A stretch of 63,345 bases of DNA, counting the filler, from Dugesia japonica (Eukaryota), in assembly GCA_001938525.1 (NCBI GenBank). It is 6 parts of 6 records of this genome, joined end to end, with 100 filler letters (N's around TTAATTAATTAA, not from the genome) between each part and the next. Parts side by side here need not be neighbours in the genome. Positions count along the whole stretch, not along the records: positions 36,234 to 45,290 come from MQRL01588865.1; positions 45,391 to 54,263 come from MQRL01602161.1; positions 54,364 to 63,345 come from MQRL01607576.1; 3 more parts are not named here. One strand, given 5' to 3'. The notes under the pieces are model-generated. The model saw only the letters and a list, made by a program, of their open reading frames with translations, did not search any database and was not told where the DNA came from. Below are positions 37,280-57,997 of the stretch, in pieces (positions within the stretch are counted from its first letter, which is position 1; every line of letters begins with the position of its first letter). A program made the translations under genes and the position numbers.

Positions 37280-37829
37280 TTATCCAATATCAATGAAAAA
37301 ACCAAAAGTTTGATCAAAGCTTTTATATTAAATGAACAATGAATAACGTTTAAAAAGTCATGATTAAATTGTGAAATTTTTTTAAAAAAATAATATGAGG
37401 CTTTCAATAATAAATTAAAAGGTTAAGGTATAAAAGCTCATGCCAAAAGTGTGAAATTTCACAGTTTACAATAAGGTGTGATAGTTCAAGTAATAAAAAA
37501 CATTTTAATTATACGATTTCATGTATAAATGCTCAATGCGCAACGCTTTAGAGTTTTTTACGACATAATATTTTGAAGTTTGATAATTCAGATGTTAATT
37601 AAAAAGTAATTATTTCATTGTTTATTTTCAAACGTTTTAGGTGTGAAAAATCACACGCCAATCAAAAATAATTAGGTGTGAAATTTCTCACATTAAAAAA
37701 ACAATAAATAATATAAATCCATTGTTTACAATTAAAGTGTGAAAATTCATAACTATTGTGGTTTACATTATGAGGTGTGAAGTGATCTGCCAATCATCTG
37801 GGCTAGACCGCACGTAACCACCTACTAAC

Positions 37830-38590
37830 TACTCAGACATGTATTTACTCTCAAACACTCTTCTCCTATTAATTTTGGTTTGCCGAAACGATATGTCTAT
37901 TGGTTCAAAATTTTTCCGAAAATTGTTTCTTCAACTATCTTTCATATTTCTAATGGACTTACTAGTTTGCTAAACCGGTCGATAATCACCACCATATATA
38001 TTTTGCATGATTCCACTGTTTTCATATATGCAATATTTACCACAATTTGTTTCAAAGTATCTTGACACTTCTAGGTAACATCAGTTCTTTCGTTCTTCTT
38101 TGATCAAAATTTATTTTGATAGTCTTTATCATAGCAGGACAGTAATAATTATTTTCTAATTATGAAAATATCTTCTTTATTCTTAAATGACATATTTCTT
38201 CATGATTATCTTTCATCATTTCATTGGTTATCTTCGTTGGTACTATAATAAAATTATTGTTTTTCTCTTTCTAAAACTAGTAATCCATCATTAATTTTCA
38301 ATTCGCTGTCAAGTTTACCCTAAACGTTTTCCTGAATGACCGCTTTTGCTACTCGTACTTCGTTTTTCATTATTTAAAATATTCTTTGTATAATTGCATC
38401 ATCTGTCTGAGCATTCTGAATTTGTTCTATGATTTTTTTTATTCTGTTGTATAATTTAAATATATATTTTCTCTTGATTTTTCTGTCTTGGCATTCAAAT
38501 GTACTTTTTGCATTGTGAGCATAAATTCTCATTTATTCTCGATAATCCATTAGCATTGCTGTGTTCTTCATATTTACAAAATTTTAACCC
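37830..38590 (-). mobile_element. Gypsy integrase fragment related to the nested element at 17080-17750
   Basis: Clear nucleotide similarity (gacatgtatttactct..aacactc.., cagttctttcgttct, gcagg.cagtaataattatt). Confidence 0.8.
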
Positions 38591-38639
38591 AANNNNNNNN
38601 NNNNNNNNNNNNNNNNNNNNNNNNNNATACCCATTATCA

Positions 38640-39300
38640 GTAACATTTTAATTTTCGGATATATATTAAAATAAAATCTATAACAGAATTGAAACAGTAA
38701 TATTAATTTACCAACAAGTTTACAGATAAAAATAGAACAATCTTACGTTACAAATACAAAGATAAATTAAAGTGAAGGATTCTTAAATAAATAGATAATT
38801 TCTAAAATAGTTTCTAAAAATTATTTACAAATAGATATTTTAAATAAAACAAAAAACTCTTTAATATTCAAAGAACAGAATTTAAAATCCTAAAATTAAT
38901 TAATAATTAATTAATTTTTAAAAACTCAAATTATTCAAAAAATAATGTATCTCACACCCCCCTCTTTATGAATAATTTAAGTTTTTCAGCATTACGTTTG
39001 ATTCTTCTGCCATCTTGCCCTACTAAATGTATTTAGTGGATTTTGTCTATTACTCTATATGGAATCCGTTCTTTTTTCCCTAGTTTCAATTTTCACAGGA
39101 GCTTCTTCACCCACTTGAAATTTCCTTCTTGTACTGATCATCTTAGAAACCAACACCGATGTACTTGTTGTTTTCTCTTTTCTATTTTCCGATTGTCAAC
39201 TGTCCCTACTAATTCGTCGCCCAAAAACTAAACCCCACTGAACTCATTTGTTTTATTTTTTGTTACATAACCTATTTTGTTATGAGCTCCTTTGTTAAGT
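38640..39300 (-). mobile_element. 3' end of a Gypsy element (integrase tail, PPT, LTR start)
   Basis: PPT complement ccccctcttt at ~38958 next to ..tctcaca. The minus-strand frame resembles the C-terminal integrase region (PYRVIDKIH..RRIKRNAEKLK). Confidence 0.55.
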
Positions 39301-41565
39301 CATCTTTGTTTCACTTATGACCCAAAAATTTTTATAACAATCCATCAATCTTCTTGTATATATATATATATATATATATGCTCTCCATTCCTTCGATAAT
39401 TAAAAGTTTCCTCTATATCTTTAATCATTGTTGATGACTTAAAGAAAGCCTCCAGAATTTTTTCTTCAAATCCCAATGCATCGTCTTTATTTTCATAGAT
39501 TTACCGCAATAATTTATCTATGAATCCGATTGCAACAAAATTTCTGTGGCCTTTCTTTATTTCGTAAAAATCACGAAATTTTGTTGTATTCAAAATAAGT
39601 TTTTGACATCATCGCACATTTGCAAAATTCCATATTTTATATTTTATTTTTTTTATTTTATTTATATATATATATTAATATATTTTAAAAATGCTTTTAC
39701 TTTATTACAATAATATTTGAATGTTTCAAAAAAAATTTTTTTTATAATATAATATAAACCAAATTAAAAAATTTCCCAGATATTTTAAAATCTATGAACC
39801 ACTCTTACACACGATATCACCTACGACCTTGTTCATTTCAATTTTTTTATATTTTCTTCCAGTGGAACTTTCGCACGAAATTTCGCTTATAAAATTTCTA
39901 AAATGACGAACAGTTTATTTTCATTCAACAAGAGCGCGATCATCTTTCGCGTGTAGGGCACTCGGATTATGAAAACATTTTACATTTTAAAACTCTCATA
40001 AAAGNATAATAATAATAATTTCGGTACGCATTATTTTTCAGGTCCAATACTCATCAAATTATCCTACATTATACTCATTGAATTCGTCGTTATTTCTCAT
40101 ATTTTGTGCTCCTTTTTATTTTCACTTATTATTTCCATGTCTGACTTTGATTGCTCAGGCTTTGGTGTTTTAGTCCAAAATTATTATTTTTATATTGTTA
40201 CTATTATTAATATTAATTATTCACTATTGTTTACTATAATAATCATTATTACTATTAAAATTATTAAAGAAAATTACTTTAAAAAATTTAGTTATTCACA
40301 AAATTAGATAGGCATTAAATAATTATTTATTGAAAATTAAATTATTCTATTAAATTAATAAAATTACCTGATATTCTTCGATCTTGTCACATTTTATTCT
40401 AAGATTGTCATTTTCCTGCATGGATTTTATAATTTTAATCTAAATATCAAATTATTAATTTGAAAAAAAATTCATATTTGAACTTCCGAAATTAAAGAAA
40501 TTATTTTATTTTTCATTGCTTTATTTCCATTGTTTAACAGCACCATTGTTTGATTGAATCTTATCTAGAAAATGTTTTTTACATTGTACATAGTAGATTG
40601 TACTGCATTGAGCAACCTCTCCTTCCACAATGAAGTAAATAAATTTGTTGTTCAAGTGGCTAAGTATGAACCAATCAGATTGCAGAAATATTTTTCCATT
40701 ATCGCTGTGTATATTTTCAGTTTCATCAAAACTAATGTGTAATTTTCCGCTCATTGGGTGTGTAAGTGTGTGCCTGGATTGACTGGTTATATAGTTACAT
40801 AAAAATTAATTAAATAACGCAAGAAGTATAGATTATGTATTTGATTGATGATATTGTAGTGATCTAAATTAATTGTCTGGTTTTCTGACGTTTGAAAATT
40901 CGAGTTTATGCTTTTTATTTTTTAGGTCGTTAAATTTATTTAATTTATACCGCAATTATTAAATTTATAATTTGAATTTTTTCGTTTTCTTTATAATTTT
41001 ATAAATTTTTTTTCATTATTAATTTTTCGTAATAAAATTTTAAGTTGGAAATTTTGTTTTCTGATTTTCATTTTTATTAATTTAAATTAAATTTAGTTTG
41101 ATTAAATTTATAAAAATTTTAAGTATGAAAATTTTATAACAGATTATAGTTATACTGTATAACTTATACATTACATCTTGTAAATTTTTAGTTTACAAAT
41201 TGTAATTGTTAATTGAGTTTGGTATTTGTAATGTATTTTAGTTTACAATTTCTGGGGTTTTGGTAGGGTCATTGCAAAACTTAAATGACGAATCGGCTTT
41301 TCCTTATCTAACCTAGATCGTATGAGTAATTATCTTCGAAGGTATCCGCAAGAATTTGATCGAGTATCCTAATTTTTCGATTTTCAGTAGAGGTCTAGTA
41401 ACCCTAAATCCTAAAGGCATGCCCTCCTTTAGTTTTGGTGGCTATATGTCTTACATTCTGAATATTTAACATTACTAGTTTTGGNNNNNNNNNNNNNNNN
41501 NNNNNNNNNNNNNNNNNNNNNNNNNNNNNNNNNNNNNNNNNNNNNNNNNNNNNNNNNNNNNNNNN

Positions 41566-42405
41566 CTATAGTTCGACACAATGTACTTATAGTCGTGATC
41601 AAAATATCCATTGAAGTCATCGAATTTTTAACCATGGACGGGCATACGATGGCTTCAACTGAATTTTCTAACTTTGATTGTAGCTTCACTTTAAAAAGTT
41701 TTACAAACTGAAAAGTGACTGAAATCTGAAATTTGCTTTTATGGTTGCTATAGGTCTCCTATTTTGTCTATTTCTCTTCTTTGATTGGTCAATTAGTTGC
41801 ATAATAGTTTTCTTCTTTGTGACTGATCATGTTGCGTATCTTTTTCCAATTTTACAAGCTGATTTTCTGAAACCCCACACTAAATTTTCTTACCAAAAAT
41901 GTAATCATTGCATTGTGAATTGATTTTGCAAAATTTATTTTCACNNNNNNNNNNNNNNNNNNNNNNNNNNNNNNNNNNNNNNNNNNNNNNNNNNACAAAT
42001 GTATCACAGTTCATTTCAAAATTTACCTATAGTTCGACACAATGTACTTATAGTCGTGATCAAAATATACATTGAAGTCCTCGAATTTTTAACCATGGAC
42101 GGGCATACGATAGCTTCAACTGAATTTTCTAACTTTGATTTTAGCTTCACTTTAAAAAGTTTTACAAACTGAAAAGTGACTGAAATCTGAAATTTGCTTA
42201 TATGGTTGCTATAGGTCTCCTATTTTGTCTATTTCTCTTCTTTGATTGGTCAATTAGTTGCATAATAATTTTCTTCTTTGTGAATGATCATGTTGCGTAT
42301 CTTTTTCCAATTTTACAAGCTGATTTTCTTCAACCCCACACTAAATTTTCTTACCAAAAATGTAATCATTGCATTGTGAATTGATTTTGCAAAATTTATT
42401 TTCAC
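41566..42405. repeat. Near-identical tandem duplication (~380 bp visible, period 461)
   Basis: 41566-41944 versus 42027-42405, giving twin ORFs 41741 and 42202. Confidence 0.9.
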
Positions 42406-42539
42406 TAAAAATATGATTTAATTTTTTTTTAATTTACAAAATTCTAAATTCACCCAGATAATCGTATGTAGGATGCACACAACTGACAAAACACGAAAAA
42501 ATCACAAGTGGTTAGCCAATCAATGTACATCTGTACAGG

Positions 42540-43425
42540 CAACCATTGAACTTAGAAAGTAAATTTGAATGAGCTATCCAAAACCTTTTGAGAATAATAT
42601 TCTAGAAATGATAATATTTTAGAACTGATCCATCTTAAATAGAAGCAATAAGAACATTTAGCAAACTTAACTGCTTGAGAGTCTAAAGAATGCTTTAATG
42701 ACTCCACCAATATTGTGTTTTCCAGACAAAAACAGAGAATTTATATTAGATACGGACACCATTTTTGATANNNNNNNNNNNNNNNNNNNNNNNNNNNNNN
42801 NNNNNNNNNNNNNNNNNNNNNNNNNNNNNNNNNNNNNNNNNNNNNNNNNNNNNNAAAATTAATACTGCATCAAACGAAAAGAGTTATTGGCTGTTTATTG
42901 TTTCTGTATGCATTTCAAATAATATTTGTGTGGTAGAAGATTTAATCTTAGGACAGATCATAAAACTCTAACTTTCATGATGACGGTGAATGCACCTATC
43001 CCGTCATAATTCCAGACATGAATTAATTATTCCAGTTATCTAAAGGAATTCAACATGGTAAATCAGATGTTATCTAGACGAATATGTGAAATGTGTGAGC
43101 AATGTCAATTGTTCCATGAAGATGTGAAGAAAGGGAAAATTAAAACAAGAGCACTGAACACAATCGAAAATGAAAAAGGAGCAATAAACATTTCTTTAGA
43201 AAAAGATTTGATCAAGAAAATTTAAATTCAGGATGACAAAATACATGAAACAATAGGGGAAATACNCAAATTATTATGTCTTAAAGAAGTTGAAATAGTG
43301 TACGATACATTGTAAAGAATTTTTTAAGATAAACACATAAGATAGTTTGTAGAAGACCAAAGTAGTGATGACAGCAGTTAAAGAGAAGACAAAAATTAAA
43401 AGCTACAAATTTGTTTGAAGACATT
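42540..43425 (+). mobile_element. Gypsy RT/RNase H/integrase fragment, same family as 19417-20060
   Basis: FILDTDT, TDHKTLTFM, LSRRICEMCEQCQLFHED.KKGKIKTR. Confidence 0.8.
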
Positions 43426-43889
43426 TTCGGATTACCATAAAAAATTGATTTAAAAAGTTTTAAATTTTCATATTAAAACAAAATGGACTGTTCACCAAGA
43501 TTTTTATGAAAAATTCCCATAAAAAAACTTGAAAATATTTTTGCCAACTATAAAGCCTAAAAAGTACTACAGGTTAAAAACCCTAAAAAATACTAAAAAT
43601 AAATCGGCCACTTTTTCAAAATACGATAAAAAGTTCTGTTATAGTACAAAAATTNNNNNNNNNNNNNNNNNNNNNNNNNNNNNNNNNNNTAACCATTTAA
43701 TCATTTCAAAATAAAATTTCAACGATAAAATCAAAACAATTACATATTTTGTGTGCAAAATATTTTCCAAATTAAAAACATAGGCAAAATTCTATATCAC
43801 TTAATCCAATTTCTTAATATTACCTTATATGTAAATAATCGAAGAAAAATGTTAATTTTTTAATAAAAACTTTGAAACACCATTTAAAT

Positions 43890-44790
43890 ATATATGTTAG
43901 TATAACGTGTTTCGACAGAATAACTGTCATTTTCGGATACAATAATTTAATTCTTTATTGAAACAATATTTATTCCTATTTTTCATTTTTTTTAAAAATG
44001 ATTTTATAAAAAATTCTCTTCAATAAATCAAATTAATTCAAAACATTCAATAAAGATTTAGAAAGACCGGTTAAACATTAATTTGTGGATAAATTAATCT
44101 AATCATCAATGCTTCACACATGACTCTCTCCCAGTAATCTTGAAAGTTTTTGCATAAAATTTTAAAATTATTTATACTAATAACTAATTTACAATTAATG
44201 TTATGTTCAGCAATATTACTTCCACTACCAACTCGACGATGCTCCTGAATTCTTTTACAGTGATGACGTGAAGTCTCTCCAATGTATGTGGCATTACACN
44301 NNNNNNNNNNNNNNNNNNNNNNNNNNNNNNNNNNNNNNNNNNNNNNNNNNNNNNNNNNNNNNNNNNNNNNNNNNNNNNNNNNNNNNNNNNNNNNNNNNNN
44401 NNNNNNNNNNNNNNNNNNNNNNNNNNNNNNNNNNNNNNTGAATACGGAATAGTTAATACGTAATTAAACTTATCTATCTTATTTGGGTCTTTGATAATAT
44501 TTTCACAATTTATATTATTATTATCATTATTATTAACATCTTTAATTTAATTATTAATTTTATAAACGATCTTATCAGTTTTTTCATGATTTAATTTCTC
44601 CGCAATTGATTTACTATAGCCATTTTTATTTAGTAAAGAAGTTAAACATTGAATATTAGCACAAGACTTCAAATATGAAAAGGATCTATACAACAATCCA
44701 TTTGATGATTCCTGGAGAAAGCAAGTGTCGAAAATTTGAATTTCTGTAAAAAATACATAAAAGGTCTGCTCAAAAAACAAGATTCTGTTT
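43890..44790 (-). mobile_element. Penelope-like element 3' part: GIY-YIG endonuclease plus degenerate hammerhead
   Basis: CNATYIGETSRHHCKRIQEH..AEH..NFKIL..EALMI..PQIN. Downstream (43900-43940, minus strand): GTAT-CCGAAAA-T-GACAG-TTATT-CTGTC-GAA-ACACGT-T-ATAC. Confidence 0.85.
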
Positions 44791-45290
44791 CATACAAGCT
44801 TAAAATAAAATTCCAAAATTAAAATTCACAAAACTGAAAATAAAACGTCAAATTGTAAAACTAAATTTTAAAATCGGTATTTTTTTCGCAATACCTAAAT
44901 TACAGATTGCTAACTTTAAAAAATAAAATTACTAGGAGCGGTATTAAAAATAAAAATTAAATTCAATAAAACAAAAAGAAAATAGTTAAATTATCAGTCT
45001 TAACGAAACCACAGCAACGTGACGCAAAACAATACTATCGTCAATACGCACGCGTACACCTACGTAATATATACTACTTACAATATTCAATTAATTTGTT
45101 AGTGGCAAAATAACCAGCAAATTGCACGCACGTTAAATGGAGAATTACTCATCGGCTTTATGATCACATACATGGTGAGAGGGGAAAATATTTGTGCGAC
45201 CTGTTGGTTTAAAATAAGCCACTTCGACAAACTTTTCAGCCCAGTAGGGAAGGAAAAGGTTGTCATGCAGTACTATCTACCTATTTGGTA

Positions 45291-45390
45291 NNNNNNNNNN
45301 NNNNNNNNNNNNNNNNNNNNNNNNNNNNNNNNNNTTAATTAATTAANNNNNNNNNNNNNNNNNNNNNNNNNNNNNNNNNNNNNNNNNNNN
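45291..45390. other. Artificial contig spacer
   Basis: 44N + TTAATTAATTAA (45335-45346) + 44N. Confidence 0.97.
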
Positions 45391-45613
45391 TTAAATTATT
45401 ATTCTTTTATTGATTTGTCACAAAAAATTCCCCGAATCAACCTGTCTATTTAATTTACCTCACAGAGAGCTTCAACAAGACTTCAAGTAATTTTACTTTG
45501 TTTAAATGACCAAATTATTTTTGTTATAGCTTTTTAATAAAATTTATGGAATCAAGTGATTTTTTGAATTCAACGACGAGTGTTACAAAGCCATTTAACA
45601 ATAAACACTATTA

Positions 45614-52750
<7,137 letters not shown>

Positions 52751-53029
52751 CTAAAAAGAATTTATTTAAAAAATAAGCTATAAATTGAAAAAGAAAAATT
52801 CAAGTGAAATTATTTTAATGCTTAGATTTAATGATTTCTATTTTTTTTAGTTTCTTAAAGTATCACACTCTTGTATTATTCATAAAAAAAAGGTAAGCTT
52901 GTTGATTAATTCATGAGTTGAGTAAATTATTCGCTGAGTACATAAAGTGTGTAGAAAATAGAAATATTAAACTGTAATATGACAGTTTAAATAGAAACAA
53001 ATCAATTCATAAATTTTGGTATACTGACT

Positions 53030-53560
53030 TTTTGTCAACGGACTATTGGTCAAGTGGACTGTTCATCATGGGGACTGTTGATCAAGTGGTAATTCGTCAA
53101 GAGAACACTTGATCAAATAAATTGTTTTTAATTTTCAAGAAAATGATAACACCATTTAAATATAATAAATATAAAAACAATAAAGACAAAATTTGAAAGT
53201 ACATTTTTATTTAATTTGGTGACAAATTGGCACGAATATAATAATAGCACGTTCGCTTTTCCATATCCACGAACTGCACACCTGGCTTTGCTGACAAAGT
53301 CTCTATATTTCTTGGTAGCAATTTTTTGGACTCCAGAAGCACCTTGCATGAATGCTGCCTTTTGTTTCTGACAATCTTTTACCAGTCCTTGAATCAACAA
53401 TCAGATCATTGGATGACTGCGCATGAACAGAGATTGGAGTCTATGATGCAATCCTTCGACGATGTTTGTTGTTCGTACAATTCCGTCACCTGCTGACTTG
53501 TAATGATTCCAGATTAGGATTGGGAAGATCGGTGAACATTAGTTGTTGTTCTTGTCTCAG
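53030..53560 (-). mobile_element. Mutator-like (MULE) transposase C-terminal fragment with a repetitive terminus
   Basis: PIWNHY..RTTNIVEGLHHRLQSL..HPMI*LLIQGL matches the WN..RTNN.VEGWH..HP.IW pattern. Tandem ggact.ttg.tcaagt units at 53035-53115. Confidence 0.7.
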
Positions 53561-53859
53561 AGTCGTTAACCTCTGATGTATGTGTGTTCAAAATATGACA
53601 TTAGCTCGTTTATCTTTTCGTGTTCTTACATTGAGTCACCTAATAATACAAATGACTCTAAAACATCATCAACTGGAACGTGTACGAGTGCAAACAAGCA
53701 TCAAACACTACTCTACAGTACATCATCATTTTCATATTCCGTCTTCTTTTATTTAATACACACTTAAAAGATGGGGAAATGTTTATTTTTAAAGTTTTTT
53801 TATAAATTCAGAATTACAAAAAATATATTAAATTATAAATTATCAAGTGAAATTTGAGT

Positions 53860-54100
53860 CTTTACAACTACATTGAAATAATAACTTTAGTCAAACTAAA
53901 TTGTTGTTTTATAGATATTCGAATATTTTAACGTTCTCTTTTTTAGGAATATCTTATTCCTAAAGAAGACAACGGTTAAAAAATTCGAATATCTGTAAAA
54001 TAACAATTGAATTTGATCGAAGCTAATATTTCAATGAAATTTTAAATTCAATTAATAGTTTAGTCCAACAATTATTCTCGCAATAATTGTAATTGTAAAA
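53860..54100. repeat. Palindromic copy of the hammerhead-bearing repeat family, centred ~53952
   Basis: ttgttttatagatattcgaatattttaacgttctcttttttAGGAATA-tct-TATTCCTaaagaagacaacggttaaaaaattcgaatatctgtaaaataacaa, followed by TTGATCGAAGC.. and aattattctcgcaataattgtaattgtaaaa, which are shared with the other copies. Confidence 0.75.
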
Positions 54101-54194
54101 CTCTTTACAATTAGTTTCGATTTTTTCATATTATTCATAGGGATTTTATGTGGCGTATTCTACATGATGACAAATTTAATATGTTCTTGTTTAG

Positions 54195-54263
<69 letters not shown>

Positions 54264-54363
54264 NNNNNNNNNNNNNNNNNNNNNNNNNNNNNNNNNNNNN
54301 NNNNNNNTTAATTAATTAANNNNNNNNNNNNNNNNNNNNNNNNNNNNNNNNNNNNNNNNNNNN
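54264..54363. other. Artificial contig spacer
   Basis: 44N + TTAATTAATTAA (54308-54319) + 44N. Confidence 0.97.
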
Positions 54364-55261
54364 AATAAAAAAGAATCGAAATTAGTGAAAAAATCAGTTT
54401 TATCAAGATAACTTTGGCCCCTGAAGTCGGAACGAATTAAGATGAGAAAAAATGAGAAGAAAATATCCAGGTGCAATTGGAATTATAAAAAAGAAAAGCC
54501 TACCACCTTCCCGAAGGGTATAGCAAGGCTTCCAAGATCCGGCCAATAAGAATCCTAAAAATAAAAATAATACAAAGAAAAAACCATCACATGGTTCTCT
54601 AAAAATAGTTGCCAACCAGGACTCCAAAAATCNACGAAAATTCTGGAATAACAGCACCAACGCCAATAGAATTTTAAAATTCTTAAACAAAAATAGCTAC
54701 CAATAAAAACGGTACCGGGGTGTATCCAAAAATCCTTTAAAAAGACCCCCGGTTTTAGCAGAAAATAACTCTTAATTTTGAATTATCTCAAGTCAGTAAG
54801 ACTCGTGTTCAACAACAAAACATTTTTTTTTGTAATCACTAGTTGTTATCATCGTATATACAGTTATTGCAGAATCCTATGGACTAACTAATACTCGGAG
54901 TTAGTAATTGAACATACCAGTTATCGCGCAGCGATCACGAAAAATCATCGTAATTTAACTAGTCCTGATTTAATTGTGAATAAAGAAATTTTCCTTTTAA
55001 GAAATAGAATACGGACCTCCTAATCCAGGAAGAAAAGTCATCAATTATCGAATCGTAGATACGAAATCACCCGTTGCAGAATCACATTGGTTATCTTACA
55101 GAAATAAAATCAAGTTATTATTATTTTCATTGAGTTAATATGCTGCTGAGTGATGAATCTTAATTTATTTTAATAAATTTGTTATTATGCCGTAATTTAT
55201 TTATTTTCATGAAAAAACAAAAGTATTTAAGATAATTATATGGTTATAATTTAGCTTAATA

Positions 55262-55330
55262 CAGCGGCTTCCAAACTTTATGCTACCACGCCTCCCTAAA
55301 AAAAAATTTTTTTTTCCGCGCCTCCCTCTA
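55262..55330 (+). mobile_element. Possible hAT-type transposon end
   Basis: CAGCGGCTTCCAAACT resembles CAG(C/T)GGTTCCCAAACT hAT TIRs, with subterminal cgcctccct twice. The partner TIR was not found. Confidence 0.4.
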
Positions 55331-56995
55331 CTTTTTTTTAATAGATATACTAATATAGACACGTTTTAAATAATAATAACTTTATTTTCAAAAAAAATTG
55401 TTATAATTCCATACAATTAACAGAATAATAACAAGGTTTTTAAGTTTTAGCAAAACCTAACCAAATACGAAAATGTATGTACATACATTTATTTTTATAT
55501 TAAATTACTAACCANNNNNNNNNNNNNNNNNNNNNNNNNNNNNNNNNNNNNNNNNNNNNNNNNNNNNNNNNNNNNNNNNNNNNNNNNNNNNNNNNNNNNN
55601 NNNNNNNNNNNNNNNNNNNNNNNNNNNNNNNNNNNNNNNNNNNNNNNNNNNNNNNNNNNNNNNNNNNNNNNNNNNNNNNNNNNNNNNNNNNNNNNNNNNN
55701 NNACCATTTATTTTTAGTAAATAAATTACCATCAGATATTCAGCATATAAATTTCCCACAGAACTGTCATCTAACCGGATTCGATGATTTTAAAAATCCA
55801 AAATTTTTCTGTGCGAGATAGGCTAGCTTTTATAACGGCGATAATATCCACTACAGAAAGAAATTTCTGAATTAATTCTCTAAATCCATTAACAAACAAA
55901 CCTACAACAATAGATTGTTCAGTCAGGTTGGCATGTTGCAGTAATAAATGAATTTTTGTAATACTAGCAAGTGTTTGTGTGCCTCGTTAATCATTGCTGG
56001 TTTGCGGTCAGACGGTTAAATAAACACACCAACGAGCCGTCAACAAAATTAACATGAACCATTATCTCTCGTCGACCTGGAGTTGTTGCCGTGGAGAATT
56101 AAATACCGCATAGTTTAATTTAATTTAATTTCACCGTTATATATATTTGAATGAAAATACAATTTACAATGATTTAAGGATGTGATCATCTTAATCATTG
56201 ATTTACTGACTATACTTTCTCTCTTCTCTGAGAATATTTTAAGCGAAAGTTTTCATTATTAGTTTTAAAGTGAGTTGCGGTATAACTAAGTAATTTGTGT
56301 ATTTATTAATGAGTCTTAAAATAACGAGTCGTTAAAACTGACGATTAAAACTGACAATGTCTGCAATTCTATCTAGGAAACTACTAGTGATTGTGTTTAG
56401 TAAATTATAACCGTCGTTACAATTTTAGTGAAAAATCAATAGAACCAGTTTAGATCTCAATTAATTCACGGATAATTTTTGATTAGAATAGTTTTTCTAT
56501 AAAATTGTTAACATTCGTAAACTTGTGATTTTTTTAACATTATATGTTCCAGTGTTCCCAAAACCACTAATGCAATGCAACACCTCGTATCTACTCAAAT
56601 GTTAATGAACGCAATTTTTGTTTTTCTTTAAAATTTGACTTTAATAAGGATCAATTGTTAATCGCCGTCAATTAACCCTGTTATATTGCCAGATTGCACA
56701 CAAATAAATTAAATTTTGTAAATCGGATTAGCCAGCATAATTATCATTGCCAACAACGATGTGAATTGTGCGATCACCGACGGAACCCGATCGATAGCTC
56801 ACCGAAGTAAAACGTATGAACAAGTTTTGTTTTATCTTGGGGAACCAGGACTTTTCATTTAGAGAAATGTTTGAGGTCACAAACGAGATCACATAAAGGG
56901 TAAAACACGCCAGTCTTAACGGGAGGGATGGTAATTCGATAAACTTCAATTTTATATTAATGAGATGGTCAATTATATTTCTATTAAATGTAGTC

Positions 56996-57178
56996 ATGCC
57001 AGCCGAATTGTATCAGGTTCTGAGAGAAATAGAGCGTCAGCGACGAGTGATTCGCCTAAAGCAACTAATTGCCCACCATTTAACGAGAAGACAGGTGGAA
57101 CACCCCAACGAAACCGATCTCCAATGTTTCGTTGAGATGTTTCCCCTGGAACCTAAGGTGGATATTGATGAAGAATAA
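56996..57178 (+). CDS. Orphan small ORF 1 (MPAELYQ..., 60 aa)
   Basis: GC-richer open frame with ATG right after a tgtag acceptor; AATAAA at ~57198 and ~57229. Confidence 0.45.
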   Translation: MPAELYQVLREIERQRRVIRLKQLIAHHLTRRQVEHPNETDLQCFVEMFPLEPKVDIDEE

Positions 57179-57365
57179 CAGCNACGTTTGAGAATCTCAA
57201 TAAATCGGTTACTTTGAAGGATATTTGGAATAAAAATGTTGAATATTTTGTATGATTTAAAATTCCGTGTTGTATTTTAATTTATTATCATAAAGTATAA
57301 ACCAGTTACTACTTAAATTTATCTTCTTTTCATTAGCTATTATTATAGGAAATATACCAACTGTT

Positions 57366-57722
57366 ATGGAGTTTAAATGGGAGCTGTTATGGGATTGGAG
57401 CACGGGGCGTACCATTTTTAAACGTTACCGGAACCCCCATGACCGAAATGCGGGTATCCTGACAGATTACTCAAATCTAACCCAGGAAGTCGCACATAAC
57501 GAAAGGGAATGGGCGGCTACAGACCGTCAGGCTTTCTATGAATGGGTTGGCCCCGACCGCAACCAAGAAGTTATGCACCGAACCACACGTTTTGACCCAA
57601 TAACGAATCAGTCTATTAATCATTGGCAAAATGGGCCATCCTTATTACCTGTGTCGATCGCTCATCTTCCTCGAGGCACTAGATTCTCGCTAGATCTTGG
57701 TAACACTCTATGGGATCTGTGA
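57366..57722 (+). CDS. Orphan ORF 2 (118 aa, Trp-rich)
   Basis: Open GC-richer frame preceded by a tattattatag acceptor (57348). No family recognised. Confidence 0.5.
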   Translation: MEFKWELLWDWSTGRTIFKRYRNPHDRNAGILTDYSNLTQEVAHNEREWAATDRQAFYEWVGPDRNQEVMHRTTRFDPITNQSINHWQNGPSLLPVSIAHLPRGTRFSLDLGNTLWDL

Positions 57723-57997
57723 AATCGGGCCAGCGGTGGCGCCTTAGAAAACACAGACCCCATTACTTGACTTATTAGGCTACCAATGTATATTACAATT
57801 TTGCGAATTAGAATATATGGTTGTCGTTATTTTTCCTTGTAATGCGAATTTTCAACTAATGTTTAAAGCTCTTCTTTTATAAGCGTAAATCAAATATAGA
57901 ATTTTCGCAACGCCAATTTAAAGAAAAGTTATACATAGATATTTTGCTCTGGATGCATAAATTTCTGATTCTTGCTCATGTTGATATGTAACTTTTA

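Noticed and set aside
40521-40800. 77-aa ORF as a gene
   Set aside because: No motif, splice context or family recognised.
41741-42384. Twin 60-aa hydrophobic ORFs as duplicated membrane peptides
   Set aside because: They arise from a gap-flanked tandem duplication (possibly haplotype or assembly related) and have no recognisable family or splice support.
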